From assembly GCA_964543385.1 (NCBI GenBank), contig CAZIYE010000003.1, forward strand, positions 1-32,000: 32,000 nt of DNA, given 5' to 3'. This document shows, in pieces, positions 1 to 10,700 of the stretch (the stretch's first letter is position 1; each line of letters begins with the position of its first letter). Below the pieces are notes generated by a model that was not told where the DNA came from, ran no database searches, and saw only the letters and a program-made list of their open reading frames with translations. This stretch comes from an uncultured Candidatus Saccharibacteria bacterium. GTDB lineage: Bacteria > Patescibacteriota > UBA1384 > XYA2-FULL-43-10 > 1-14-0-10-43-13. Made by a program: the position numbers and the translations under genes.

Positions 1-131
1 AAAACTAACGCCCACAATTCCCAATTCATGACTCATGATTCAAATTTTTTGGTAGACTTGATGCACTTTCATTTGAATCATTGCTGGATTGGTTAGACCA
101 GCTTATGTGTGCTTATCAAGTCGAAGATGAT

Positions 132-344
132 CTAGTCGAGTGATTTTACGCCTAGAGCTTTTTTAATGTGCTCTATTTTTACCCAAGTCGGATTTTCCTC
201 TCCCCTTTCGATACGAGCGTAATAGTTAACACTGATACCCGCCTTGGTGGCCACTTCGGCCTGAGTAAGTCCTGCCTTTTCCCGCAATGTTTTCAATTGC
301 TGACCCAACCCTTTACTCATGTTTTTTTCACTTTCATTGACCAT
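132..344 (-). CDS. Small XRE/Cro-type helix-turn-helix DNA-binding protein
   Basis: Protein LKTLREKAGLTQAEVATKAGISVNYYARIERGEENPTWVKIEHIKKALGV has the canonical HTH_3/XRE pattern; alternative internal ATG at 318-320 (MSKGLGQQL). Confidence 0.9.
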   Translation of the reverse strand: MVNESEKNMSKGLGQQLKTLREKAGLTQAEVATKAGISVNYYARIERGEENPTWVKIEHIKKALGVKSLD

Positions 345-408
345 AGAGACAATATACCATATTTTAACACAAAATCAACCTAAAAATCATTATTAACTAA
401 GGAGCTCC

Positions 409-1098
409 ATGTTTAACCAGACACAAGCTTGGAAAGAATACCTCAAAAGAAGAGAGAACGCGATTAATCAAGTAATAACTCGAGATTTATTTAACGATAA
501 AACATTCTATCGAGCTTTTGCGGGAGACCTGCTTGCGGCCAAGAAAGAAGTTATTATTTATAGTCCTTTTGTTTCCAAATTTAGGGCGAACTATTATAAG
601 AGAATTATTGAAAAGCTAAGAAATAGGAATATTGAAGTTTTTATCTTTACTCGCACACTCGATGAATATGACTCAATAATACAGGCCCAAATTGAACATA
701 TTCTAGAAATTTACCAGAAAGAAGGAGTACATATCAATTATTTTGGTAAATATATTCACGAAAAAACAGCCATCATTGATCGAAAAATTGTTTGGGAAGG
801 CAGTCTAAACATCCTCTCACATCGAGCGAGCAGCGAAATGATGACAAAAACTTTAGATAATAATCTAGCCGAGAATGTAATGTCGATGCTAAATCTGAAT
901 AACTCGATCGCCAATGGGTATAAAATTAGGTATGAAGAATGTTGTCATAATCTAACAACCACTAAATGCAAACAGCTCAACCAGATTCGAAATTTATTGG
1001 TTGGTTGCCTAATTATACTGACGCTCATATTATTTTTGTTCTTCAAGGATAGTATCCTACATGCCTTGATTTATTTTATCTTCCGTACTCTCTTTTAG
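409..1098 (+). CDS. PLD-like (HKD-family) protein with C-terminal transmembrane segment
   Basis: IHEKTAIIDRKIVWEGSLNILSH matches the HxK(x4)D...GSxN PLD motif; preceded by KKEVIIYSPFV; C-terminus NLLVGCLIILTLILFLFF is a strong hydrophobic helix. Only one HKD motif seen. Confidence 0.8.
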   Translation: MFNQTQAWKEYLKRRENAINQVITRDLFNDKTFYRAFAGDLLAAKKEVIIYSPFVSKFRANYYKRIIEKLRNRNIEVFIFTRTLDEYDSIIQAQIEHILEIYQKEGVHINYFGKYIHEKTAIIDRKIVWEGSLNILSHRASSEMMTKTLDNNLAENVMSMLNLNNSIANGYKIRYEECCHNLTTTKCKQLNQIRNLLVGCLIILTLILFLFFKDSILHALIYFIFRTLF

Positions 1099-1139
1099 AA
1101 TTAGGCTCCGGTCTCAAGTATGATATAATCAATTCAGAT

Positions 1140-1310
1140 ATGAAGTATAGAATATGTGATAAGTGCGGAGAATTCGTCACCAAGACTGGTATAATCTCTA
1201 GCATTCCTAATTTGAATAAAACTAGTAACTTTGCCAAATGCCACAACAAAGACTGCGGCAAGCTTTTTTCGAAGATTGAATACGAAAAACTCAAAATCGA
1301 GGACTTCTAA
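1140..1310 (+). CDS. Small predicted zinc-ribbon-like protein (56 aa), below the length cutoff of the ORF track
   Basis: Translation by eye: MKYRICDKCGEFVTKTGIISSIPNLNKTSNFAKCHNKDCGKLFSKIEYEKLKIEDF*; CxxC and CxxxxxC pairs; lies directly downstream of the PLD gene. Confidence 0.55.
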   Translation: MKYRICDKCGEFVTKTGIISSIPNLNKTSNFAKCHNKDCGKLFSKIEYEKLKIEDF

Positions 1311-1385
1311 TTTTGTTAGCCCAAAATATTTTGCAATTGCAAGAATTACTGGTAAAATATAAATAAATCATTTGTACTAACAAGG

Positions 1386-2126
1386 ATGTATATGGAGGGT
1401 GAAGAGGGTAAAAAATTTGATGGTTTAGGCTTTTATCAACCTGACAAAGGTGAAGTTTTGGCTGTGGAATTATCGCCCGAGCAACAGAGAAATCTTTTAG
1501 ATAAAATAACAATTATTGCGCAGGCAGTTGTTAATAAAGAAACGATTGCCGGTTGGAATTCCGAGCAGCTCGGCAAACTTATAGAAGAGGTTAAGCAAAT
1601 AAAAGCCGGCCTTCTTGATCCGCAGACAGCTAGTGATTATGAAGAAAATGCAAATCGCTTAGTTGAAATCATAGGAAAACTTAAGAATAAGCCAGCGGAA
1701 GTTTCGGATATTACTGAATCTCAACTGCCAACTATGCAAGAACCGATAGTTGAAGATACTGCTTTTACTGCTCCAATAGCCGAATCCGAACAGGTAACAA
1801 ATTCAACTCGAAATGATCAACGGGATCCAAATGCAGCTCCGAATGAACCGGCTGAAGAATCTGGCGCTAGTTTAAGCGGCGGAGAAAGTACAAGTGACAT
1901 GAGAGATCTTAGTCCTCAAGAAGTTTTGACAAGAGTTGATCAGATGGAAGCTAGACTTCATGAAGTCTATAAAAACAAGAAAGCAGAACTTGATGGCCGA
2001 CAGAATCAACTGAATGCAGAAAAGGAACAACTGGACGCTGATTACCAAGCAAGGATCCAAAGGCTTGCAGAAGGCAAACAAAAACTCAAGGAAGACCTAC
2101 AACAAATAATTGAACTCGCGGCTTAA
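1386..2126 (+). CDS. Hypothetical protein, acidic linker plus C-terminal predicted coiled coil
   Basis: 246-aa ORF with Q/E/K-rich heptad-like C-terminus (EARLHEVYKNKKAELDGRQNQLNAEKEQLDADYQARIQRLAEGKQKLKEDLQQIIELAA). Convergent with the minus-strand array. Confidence 0.7.
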   Translation: MYMEGEEGKKFDGLGFYQPDKGEVLAVELSPEQQRNLLDKITIIAQAVVNKETIAGWNSEQLGKLIEEVKQIKAGLLDPQTASDYEENANRLVEIIGKLKNKPAEVSDITESQLPTMQEPIVEDTAFTAPIAESEQVTNSTRNDQRDPNAAPNEPAEESGASLSGGESTSDMRDLSPQEVLTRVDQMEARLHEVYKNKKAELDGRQNQLNAEKEQLDADYQARIQRLAEGKQKLKEDLQQIIELAA

Positions 2127-2153
2127 TTCAAATATGCATATCGAACTTATTGA

Positions 2154-3383
2154 CTAGGTTCCGTTTTCTCCCCAAGCTAAAACGGATTTCTTTTCTGCTG
2201 ATATACTATAGATATTTTGTTTCTCAATTACCGGTCGGCACAAACCACCATATCCACGCTCAGGGAGATCGGCGATAGTGCCGTTTATGTAGTTCCAAAC
2301 AAACATTGTTCCATCTGAATCAGTGCAAAGAATATTATTACCATGGATTTGATCTATTCGCATAGCCCTTCGGTCGATTTCCCTCACAAGCTTCATATCC
2401 TTACTATTCCAAAGCGATATCTTGCCCCAATTAGTAGAGATTAAGTATTTCTTGTCGGCTGACAGTAAAGACTGAGTAATAAAACTTTTTTCGCCACTAG
2501 GCTCAAAATACTCACCTCTTCGATTGCTTTTGCCGAGAACTTCTAAACTTTTTCCGTGACCAAAAACAAATCGTCCATCTGGCAATTCCGAGACAGAGTG
2601 GTTATCCAAACTAGTATTCGATCGATGTTGATCAACCAATTCGCCAGTCGAAAGTTTGAAGACATAGACATGAACACTTGCCTCGACAACTAATCGATCA
2701 GAATTCTCAAAAACATTGAACCATTTCACTTTGTCGAAACCATCAGGCAATGCGATTTCAACGGTTTGTGGCCCATAGAGGTCGATTATTTTTAGTGTTT
2801 TTTCATCTCGACCAAAAAATATGATTTTCTCATTGTTGGCTATCACCTCGAAATGGACAATCTCGCCATTGGAAGTGTGAGCCAACTCCACAGGCCGCTC
2901 AGTCCCATTGCTATGAATAAATAGAGAGCCGCCGATAGAGAAGATAGTACCTGGTCCGTCAACTAAAGTCTTAACTCTTCGCTCCTCATCTGGCCTCTTA
3001 TCTCCATAATCATAATGAAATAAAACCCTTTTAGTTTCCTTGTCTATAACTGCAAATGTCGTGACACCCTTCCGTGTATTCCGATCGTCACTCATTTTTT
3101 CATACAATACAAAGATTTTGCCCTCTTTCTTATCGCTATCAATACCGGCGCTAACAAGGCGAAAATCATCTTCAATATCTAAGGGTATCTCATCAACAAC
3201 CGTAAATTTCGAATACTCTGGAACCATTAAGTCTTTTATATTTTCAAAGATCAAATCCATTTCATACTTAAAACTCAAAAGATTGGTTATTTCTTTAACC
3301 TTAAAGGCATTATCAAAATCACTCTTTAGATCCCTTAGAGTCGAAATAGAATTGGTAATCTGTTGGCAACTAGGATAAGCCAT
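2154..3383 (-). CDS. Array member with C-x3-T N-terminal module and beta-propeller-like body (last gene of array)
   Basis: MAYPSCQQITNSISTL...; body has repeated blade-like segments (KISLWNSKDMKLVREID; NNILCTDSDGTMFVWNYINGTI; ends SVLAWGENGT). ORF track extends to 3392 through a TTG; ATG at 3383 gives MAYPSCQQIT. Confidence 0.8.
   Translation of the reverse strand: MAYPSCQQITNSISTLRDLKSDFDNAFKVKEITNLLSFKYEMDLIFENIKDLMVPEYSKFTVVDEIPLDIEDDFRLVSAGIDSDKKEGKIFVLYEKMSDDRNTRKGVTTFAVIDKETKRVLFHYDYGDKRPDEERRVKTLVDGPGTIFSIGGSLFIHSNGTERPVELAHTSNGEIVHFEVIANNEKIIFFGRDEKTLKIIDLYGPQTVEIALPDGFDKVKWFNVFENSDRLVVEASVHVYVFKLSTGELVDQHRSNTSLDNHSVSELPDGRFVFGHGKSLEVLGKSNRRGEYFEPSGEKSFITQSLLSADKKYLISTNWGKISLWNSKDMKLVREIDRRAMRIDQIHGNNILCTDSDGTMFVWNYINGTIADLPERGYGGLCRPVIEKQNIYSISAEKKSVLAWGENGT
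2161..2185 (+). terminator. Weak candidate stem-loop (CCGTTTT - 11 nt - AAAACGG) followed by ATTTCTTTT
   Basis: Perfect 7-bp inverted repeat just after the convergent gene junction; overlaps the 3' end of the minus-strand gene; low GC stem. Confidence 0.25.
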
Positions 3384-3398
3384 TGTGTCCAATTAATA

Positions 3399-4484
3399 TT
3401 ATGCAATTCTCACTGCAGTCCTCGGAACGTGCTCATTATTTCGACCACCATTGTCATATCTGTAACATTCAATACTTTTCGCATTCTCATTCCAGTGCCC
3501 AGCGGCGATGTAATTTCCTTTTGGGTAATAAGTCCCGAGTAGAAGGCTGCCACTATTGCCAGCTTTATATTTCTCAGTTATTTGCTTGTTTTTCTCTAAA
3601 CTGTACAAGTAAAAGATCAACCATGATTCATAGGTAAATCCAATTTCATTTTGATAGGTGGCAGATTTCGAAAGTTCCTCCATCCATTCACTAAAGCTCG
3701 GAATACTTTGGCCATTCCAAATCTTACCAAATTCTTTCCCAAAAGCTTTGCCCGTCGGATCTAATTGAGTTCTTCCACCAATTGTTTCGCAATCATCGGT
3801 TTGTGGCAATTCCCATAACGGCTCGACCATCAAAATCTGCCAACCTGGAAATGCCGATTCAGATTCGACCTCACTTTTGGTTTTTCCCCCATGATTAGCC
3901 ACGTCAAAAGAGGTTGGATAATAAACCGCGCTAACTTCGAGAGATTGATGGAATTGTTCACCTGTCCATGATAGGAATACCTCTTCGGTGTTAACATCGT
4001 CAGCTATTAATCCTTGTGCTTTCAAATCGGCAACATATGACCCGACTCTAGAAGCCATATCTTCAAGATTCAAACCAAAAGGGACGAGAAGAGGCTGAGT
4101 AAATCCTTGCTTGAATTTTTCTGCAAGTTTTTCTCTTTTTTCCAGAATCACTGCATTCATTTGCTCAACACTTGGTATTGGGCAAATCTGTCCTCCCTCT
4201 CCTAAAATACCCCTCACACCATTATAGTCTCCGATCATACCTCGATCAGTCATTAAACTTATCTGATCGTTGATTATTCCCTTAAATTCATCCTTTGGTA
4301 AATTTTCAAATGGCCAAAAATATTCAAGAACCTCTCCGATCTCAATTTTTATTTTGTCATGAAGACTAAGCGCTTCTTGGATATTAATCGGTTGTTGATC
4401 AATTATAAAATCAAAATCTACTTTCGATTTAGAAAGTTTTTTAATTAAATTAGTCAAATGTTGGCAAAAAATATTATCGGCCAT
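3399..4484 (-). CDS. Array member: C-x3-T N-terminal module plus unassigned 'GFTQPLLVPFG' body (class III)
   Basis: MADNIFCQHLTNLIKKLSKSKVDFDF...IQEALSLHDKIKIEIGEVLEYF; body QGFTQPLLVPFGLNLEDM ... YESWLIFYLYSLEKNKQI, similar to the C-half of 14409..16631. Confidence 0.8.
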   Translation of the reverse strand: MADNIFCQHLTNLIKKLSKSKVDFDFIIDQQPINIQEALSLHDKIKIEIGEVLEYFWPFENLPKDEFKGIINDQISLMTDRGMIGDYNGVRGILGEGGQICPIPSVEQMNAVILEKREKLAEKFKQGFTQPLLVPFGLNLEDMASRVGSYVADLKAQGLIADDVNTEEVFLSWTGEQFHQSLEVSAVYYPTSFDVANHGGKTKSEVESESAFPGWQILMVEPLWELPQTDDCETIGGRTQLDPTGKAFGKEFGKIWNGQSIPSFSEWMEELSKSATYQNEIGFTYESWLIFYLYSLEKNKQITEKYKAGNSGSLLLGTYYPKGNYIAAGHWNENAKSIECYRYDNGGRNNEHVPRTAVRIA

Positions 4485-4486
4485 CG

Positions 4487-4816
4487 CTACGCAGGAGTAG
4501 CCTCTGTTTGCTGTTCGCCGCCATTAAATGGCTCACCAAACATCTCTTCGTAAATGCGCGCACCGTCAAGACATGCTTCATGGTTTCCTTCTTGTCCACA
4601 AATTTCTTGCTGTGCCTCGATAATCATGTGCATATTATCTTTAAACTCGCCATCTCGCCACTCTTTTAGCTCTTTTAGTTGTAGCTCTTCGTGAGTTTTC
4701 TCCATCTCTGCAAGAGCACCATCGATCGCCTCACCGGCCTCTTCACGAAAGTCAAATTCTTCATCCTTTTTAAGTCCGGCCTCGTCAGGACCGGCACCTT
4801 GAAATTCTCCTGGCAT
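4487..4816 (-). CDS. Small acidic hypothetical protein located directly downstream of the AAA+ gene
   Basis: 109-aa ORF, very acidic (DEEFDFREEAGEAIDGALAEMEKTHEELQLKELKEWRDGEF), preceded on the minus strand by a good SD (TTAAGGAGAAAC-ATG). Lacks the C-x3-T module. Confidence 0.75.
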   Translation of the reverse strand: MPGEFQGAGPDEAGLKKDEEFDFREEAGEAIDGALAEMEKTHEELQLKELKEWRDGEFKDNMHMIIEAQQEICGQEGNHEACLDGARIYEEMFGEPFNGGEQQTEATPA

Positions 4817-4828
4817 GTTTCTCCTTAA

Positions 4829-7756
4829 TTATTTCCAAATATCATTAACTAGTTTATTTTTATCATCGATCGAACCACCCAAAGCTGCATCAGCTGCCTC
4901 TTTATCAATCATACCATGACCGGAAGCAAAATTGATAAGCATGTCGTAAAATTCATTTACCCCCATCAAGAAACCGGCATCATCCATCGTGTCTCTTTGC
5001 TCTTTTTTGCAGATCGGTAAAGCCCTCATTTGGTCAATGACCTCTTTGCAATCAGTCGAGCTCTCGTAGTTTTCAATGTTGGCAACCTTTCTCGCAACTT
5101 CAGCAATACCTCGCACTAGCCTCATTTTTTCTTCTTTATCAAGGTTGATAGACTTTGCTTCATTTAACTTTTGTCCTATTTTCTCATACTCCTCTTTTTT
5201 CCGAGGTGGAAGATAGCCAAAAACAATCTGCATTGTTTCAAGAGATGAAAAGTACTGTAGGGAATATTCACCATTCGTATCTAGTAAAGTAGTAAATTCT
5301 CCATTTTTTCTAACTTTCTTGTACTTTGGAACTGTATCTATCGGGTTAAAACTCATTCGCTCCTTGAATTGACCGATCGCATTGTCCCCCTGAATATCTG
5401 AATATTCTGACCAGCCCTCTCCTCGAAAGAACTGGGCCTGTTTTAACACAGCATACAGAATTGCTTGCTCCTCAGGATGACTATCATACTTTTTCACAAA
5501 ATTCCAAAGATAGTATTCAATATCCATATTGCACCCGCCATCTAGATAACCGCCGACAATATTATCCATCAATTCTCTCATCGAGAGATTAGCCTTTTTC
5601 AGCGTCTGTTTTAGCGTTGCTGCTTCGTTCGATCCAACAATTCCAGCTAAATTTAAATCTGGAAATGTAGCGGGATCAATATTACCTTCAAATAGATCCA
5701 TAATCATTCTAGCGCCAACACCAAGACGATAGAGATCTTTAAAAACAGAATATCGATCATCGGTTTTGACAAGCAGCTCGGCGCCAAGTCTTCGATTCAA
5801 AAGCTTAGTTGCGAGCACTTGGAATATTTGATCATTGATTGCATCTTTGCGATAAGTTTTAACAAACTCTTCAACATCGGTACCTTCAAAGGTCACTTCA
5901 TCGATCTTTTGCAAATCAAGTCTCGCGACATCTGATTCAATTGAATTATATGCATTCGAATTTGGTAAATATCGCACTTCGATTGGATTAATTCGACTAT
6001 AAGTGGCTGGGTCAACATCATTGAAACGAGAACTTTTATATCTATCACCAGTATTACCAGTCCAGATCACACAATAGCCAGGTTTAACTGTGATATCGCC
6101 CTTTTCCGTTCTTGTCGCAATATTGCTACCAAATTTTCTTGTGAGTAAATCATTGAATGCAATCAAGACATCAGGAGAAATAGCATTGGCTTCATCCATT
6201 ATTAACGGCCGGCCCTCTGACATTGCCTGATACATTGCACCCATAATGTATCGACCCTGGACTTGATTAGAATAAAACGTTGAAACTTGATCATCCACTC
6301 TTTTCTGTATTTCTGGGTCAAGCTCGTCTATGTCTCTGCCGTTTTTCCGGTACTCATCCAAGAGATTAGCTCTTATTTGTTCGGTAAGTTCTCCCTGAGA
6401 AGCAACTAGCTCTGTTGCAAGATCTGCGAATCTAGTATCTTCTCCAACTTCTTTATCAACACCCATATCTTTATAAATTTTTGTTAAAAACTCATTTACT
6501 GGGAGCTTTTGTATTCGGAATTCCTCAGTAAAACGATCCGGATCTAGAAACTTGCTACCAGAAACAATGATTGGCTCTTTGCCAAAACGAGTTTTTGCAA
6601 TATGAGTTGCAAGGGCAGTCTTACCAGTGCCAAAGTCACCGTGAAGATATACAATTGTTGGCGGATTCTTTTCAAGTGAAGGCAATGCGCGCTCAATAAT
6701 CTCCCGAACATATTCAGTCTCGACGATCTTTCCTTTATTTAGCAGATTGAAGAGTGATGACAATTCTTGGCGGTAGTTAACATACGAAGTGACAAAGTCC
6801 TTATCAACAGCGTCAATGTGGGCATCGTAAATCCTTTCTACTCCCAATTCGACTTTTTCGCCGAATTCTTCTTCATATGCCTCAGATAGCCAATCGCTGA
6901 CTTCGTCAATCTCCGTGGTTTCAACACCATAAATATTGGCTATCTCGTCAGGTTTTCTAACAACCTCTGGGCTCTTAGAAACATTGGCCGACAGAATACC
7001 TTTTTCCAATTTATGAATTTCTGTCAATGCTCGACGAACATCATCTTTGCTGGCAAGTCCATAAGCCTGTATTTGCGTTAACTGTTCTTCGGAAAAGGAG
7101 GATAATTTATTTAATAAAAGTTGAAAATGAGATTTCAAAAGAAATGCAATTTTCGCTGATCGACCAAGTGTTTGAGCTTTGATTGTGTCTTGAACTTTTG
7201 TGTTATCTGCTTGGTCAGAATCATTGCCAACCATTTTTTGCTCATGACGGCGTATGCCCTTAAACACCAAGTCTTTAACAACAGCTTTTGGATCTTCTTT
7301 CCATAATTGGACTAGATCTTCAAGTGTTATCTGAAGTTTGTCTCGATCTTGAAGCGTTTCAATTTTAGCCCTGATGAAATGAGAGTCAAAAACAGCATCC
7401 CCTTCTTCCCGCTGATCTTCTGGCAATGCATTCAGATATTCTTCTTTGAGTCTATCTCTCAGTGAATCGGTTCTGGACTCAGACCATGATCTCTCTTCAC
7501 CATCCTTATTTTGAATCACATCAATTATTCTTTGATACAGATTTTCATCCTTTTGGAAAGATGAACATATTGAAGATTCCGCGAGACTATCATAAGTTAC
7601 ATATTGGCCGATCTCATCAGCTATTACATGCATTTCTTCCGTGCCAACTTTGTACTCATAAGCTAATCGTTCCGCTTCTCGTGGCTCAAGCAGTTTTTCT
7701 TCAGCTTCAGTTACTTCAGGATGCGTTAATATTGGCGGGCTCATTAGTTCTGACAT
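4829..7756 (-). CDS. MoxR/dynein-type AAA+ ATPase with long N-terminal extension
   Basis: Walker A YLHGDFGTGKTAL, Walker B GRPLIMDEANAI, sensor-1-like VIWTGNTG, downstream arginine SRINPIEVRYLP; typical of AAA_5/MoxR-like proteins. Confidence 0.93.
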   Translation of the reverse strand: MSELMSPPILTHPEVTEAEEKLLEPREAERLAYEYKVGTEEMHVIADEIGQYVTYDSLAESSICSSFQKDENLYQRIIDVIQNKDGEERSWSESRTDSLRDRLKEEYLNALPEDQREEGDAVFDSHFIRAKIETLQDRDKLQITLEDLVQLWKEDPKAVVKDLVFKGIRRHEQKMVGNDSDQADNTKVQDTIKAQTLGRSAKIAFLLKSHFQLLLNKLSSFSEEQLTQIQAYGLASKDDVRRALTEIHKLEKGILSANVSKSPEVVRKPDEIANIYGVETTEIDEVSDWLSEAYEEEFGEKVELGVERIYDAHIDAVDKDFVTSYVNYRQELSSLFNLLNKGKIVETEYVREIIERALPSLEKNPPTIVYLHGDFGTGKTALATHIAKTRFGKEPIIVSGSKFLDPDRFTEEFRIQKLPVNEFLTKIYKDMGVDKEVGEDTRFADLATELVASQGELTEQIRANLLDEYRKNGRDIDELDPEIQKRVDDQVSTFYSNQVQGRYIMGAMYQAMSEGRPLIMDEANAISPDVLIAFNDLLTRKFGSNIATRTEKGDITVKPGYCVIWTGNTGDRYKSSRFNDVDPATYSRINPIEVRYLPNSNAYNSIESDVARLDLQKIDEVTFEGTDVEEFVKTYRKDAINDQIFQVLATKLLNRRLGAELLVKTDDRYSVFKDLYRLGVGARMIMDLFEGNIDPATFPDLNLAGIVGSNEAATLKQTLKKANLSMRELMDNIVGGYLDGGCNMDIEYYLWNFVKKYDSHPEEQAILYAVLKQAQFFRGEGWSEYSDIQGDNAIGQFKERMSFNPIDTVPKYKKVRKNGEFTTLLDTNGEYSLQYFSSLETMQIVFGYLPPRKKEEYEKIGQKLNEAKSINLDKEEKMRLVRGIAEVARKVANIENYESSTDCKEVIDQMRALPICKKEQRDTMDDAGFLMGVNEFYDMLINFASGHGMIDKEAADAALGGSIDDKNKLVNDIWK
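6618..6641 (-). other. Walker A motif GDFGTGKT of the AAA+ protein
   Basis: Reverse complement reads GGTGACTTTGGCACTGGTAAGACT. Confidence 0.93.
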
Positions 7757-7777
7757 GTTTATCCTTTTTTATATATT

Positions 7778-10700
7778 CTATAGGTTGTTTTCAATTTTTT
7801 CCAATGTTTCCATCATCGGTTTTTCTATCTGGCTCTCGATGATCTGTGTTAGAAAAGCGCTAAACTTCTCAGCGATTTCATCTGGATTGTTGGCTGGAAT
7901 TACGTTTTCTCCGTATCTGCTTCGTAGTCCCTCAACCGCACCTGCACCAATGCCCATAGCACCGGTACCTATTGCATAATTTTCCCGCAAATACTTCATC
8001 GCATCAAAAGTATTTGCAGTTATTCCTGTATTATGATCAATCTCTTGGTGACTAATAGAGGCACCATCAGAAATTTGAAAAATAATTTCAGATAAATAAC
8101 CAGAATTCAGAAGTTCCTTTAATTTCGGGTTTTGATCATGAGCTAAAGCAATCCTAGACCAGGCCAGCGCATCTCTCGTATCACCATCTTTTGCGTTCAT
8201 TCTTTGAAATGCCCTGATTGTACTAACCGTTTCAGTCTCGGCCATTTGTAATAATGTTGGCCTTGCTCCCGATTTCGTTTTGTCGGTTAGAAATGAAAAG
8301 TCAGTAACGCTAAAAGGTTTTATCAAACTGACCCTATCTCCAAAAAGCCAGATTTCAGTATCACAAACAACATCCATCTCATCGATATTTTCCGTTACGG
8401 CGCCACCAACCACTTGCTGGAAATTCTTTCGAAAATTTCGCAATGAAGAGTTGAGCAACATCACAGACATTCGGACAGCATCAAGATTGCCACTCATACT
8501 TCCAGAGTTATCTACCAACAACAAAACTCGAAGCATCTTTGGTTTTAGCTCGGCTTTAATTTTTTCGACAATGAGTGAATGAATCAGTCTGCGATCAATA
8601 TCGGCGCCAAATTCAATTTCTGGCAGGAGTTTTTGTAATCGTTTGATATCCGGTTTCCCTTGTCGGTAATATTTATCAACGATAGTATCAATTTTCCGGG
8701 AGATATTTTTGATGATTTGTAGCCAAGCTTCAGCCATCTTGTTGGCTGGTACTCGAAGTTTTTCTTCAAGTTCGAGAAATTTGTCGACCATCTCCTGGGG
8801 TGGAAGAGGGCGGCTTTCTTGTTCCTGGCTAGCGGGTTGATTGTCTTTTAATTGATCTAACAATCTCTTAAACTTATCGTTTTGCGTTTTTTTCTTTTGA
8901 TATTCAGGACTTCTTTTCTCTGACTCGACTTCCTTTATGGTTTCGTCTCGTTCATCTTGTTCGATCATCTCTCGCAAGGCTTTTTCGTAATCACTCACAA
9001 CTTCATCAATATTCTGTGGTTCTTGTTCTGCTCCAGCACTACCAGGTTGACCGGGTTCACTCGCTGGCTGATTATCTTGTTTTTTAGGCTGACCTTTATC
9101 TTCAGATTCACCATCATCCTGATCGTCACCATCTTTATCTTCAGTTTCCTCATCGCCTGGCTCTTTTTCCTTCTCCTCACCATCTTCTTCGTATTCTGTG
9201 TCTCGATCGTCAGTAAAGTCACTTTTTCGCTGCTTCTCGTTTGACTTTTTCTTAATTACCTTCAATTTATCGTTGATTGGAGAGGTTATAGTTTCTGTGA
9301 TTCCTGCCAGCTTTGAACCATCTGCCATTTTATTTTTTTCGTCGAGATATTCCACCTCAACAGAAGTTATCCCTTCTTCATTTCGTAAAACCTTGGTAAT
9401 TATTCCTTTTTTGCCAAAATTAGGACTTTGTCGATCTTTGTTCTTCACTTTATCGCCAGGCTGCCAGTCTGGTGCTTCCTCAATTTCAGGAGGCTCCCCA
9501 CCTTCGCCACCACCCTTGCCATCACCTTTTTGTGGCTCTGGCGGCAATTCCGACTTAAAGCTATCATCAAGAACGCAGAGAAGGCTATAGAGAGGCTCTA
9601 GGATATTTCTGATGGCTCTGGTTCTAGTTACCAGATTATATTTCAAAGGCTTTGTACCAAAGACTGTTCTAGAACGGTCAACCTGCTTAAAGAGGTTGAA
9701 TATGTCCATATACTTAACATTTGAAATTTTGGAAAAATCGAAAGGTAATCCAAGTTGCTTTAAGGAATCCCTTATTTTTCTTTCAAATAATTGGGTGGCG
9801 AAATTAATATCAATTCTCTGATAATCAGAATAAACTGGACCATTTTTACCAACCTCTGCAACATTGACATATACCTCATCCCTTACATAGTTCTTCTTAC
9901 CGCCTTTAAGATCATAAAATGGGACTTTGATCTGGTCACTCATAAAATCAAGATACAAGGATAGTTTATCTGGATCATCTTTGTATTTTTGGACAAAACG
10001 CTCGAGTAACATCTTGTAAGCCTCAGAAAGTGGCCGAGTATAGATAACCCCAACATCTTCATTCAACTTATGTTTACCTTCGGGATTTTTTGATTCATCA
10101 AAAACTTCATTGGTTGACAAGCCAGTCATCTGGTTTTTCATAAAATAGGTCACAAATTGAGATGATCGATTCATCTTGGGAACAGTTTTATCCCAGTCAA
10201 AACCTTGCCCGTAATCCTCTTTCTCTGCGACTCGGATATTACCCTTTCCTTCATCAACATTGATAAGAGGATTCTGACCAAGTTGCTCCATTTGTGGCAT
10301 ATAGACAAAGTCACCGTTATTTTCACCTACTTCTAGGTAGACAGGGAAAAACTGGTTCGTATAAAGATCAACAACTTCCTGATTGTTCCTTCTTGAGTTT
10401 TCAGTGAGAGTGCGGCCATATATTCCTGTGCCAAACACCAAACTATTTACAATTGCGTCTTCGCAGATATTGTAATATTGCCGATACATCGATGCAGCAG
10501 ACATCCGAACTTTTTCGCCCTGTTCATTTCGAACAAAGTAACCTTTTTTCTTTTCATAATTAAACTGTTCAAGCTCGTTGTATTTGCCTGCTAAATCAAG
10601 CTCGCCCATAGTTTTGAGATGGGCAAATTCATGCATAGCGCCGAACATAATTTGCGCAGATGTCATACCTCTCTCTTCACGCATTTTTTTGAATTCCGTC

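Noticed and set aside
1-131. Left-edge direct-repeat-like text (tcatgactcatgatt) as a regulatory site
   Set aside because: Too short and AT-rich; no support beyond chance similarity.
1076-1294. Minus-strand ORF of 72 aa
   Set aside because: Overlaps the plus-strand PLD gene end and the Cys-rich small ORF; no recognisable features.
8800-9500. Acidic/lysine-rich stretch in the VWA gene as separate gene or frameshift
   Set aside because: It is in frame, continuous between the metallopeptidase-like and VWA parts and typical of a disordered linker; small ORFs such as 8995..9222 are out-of-frame shadows.
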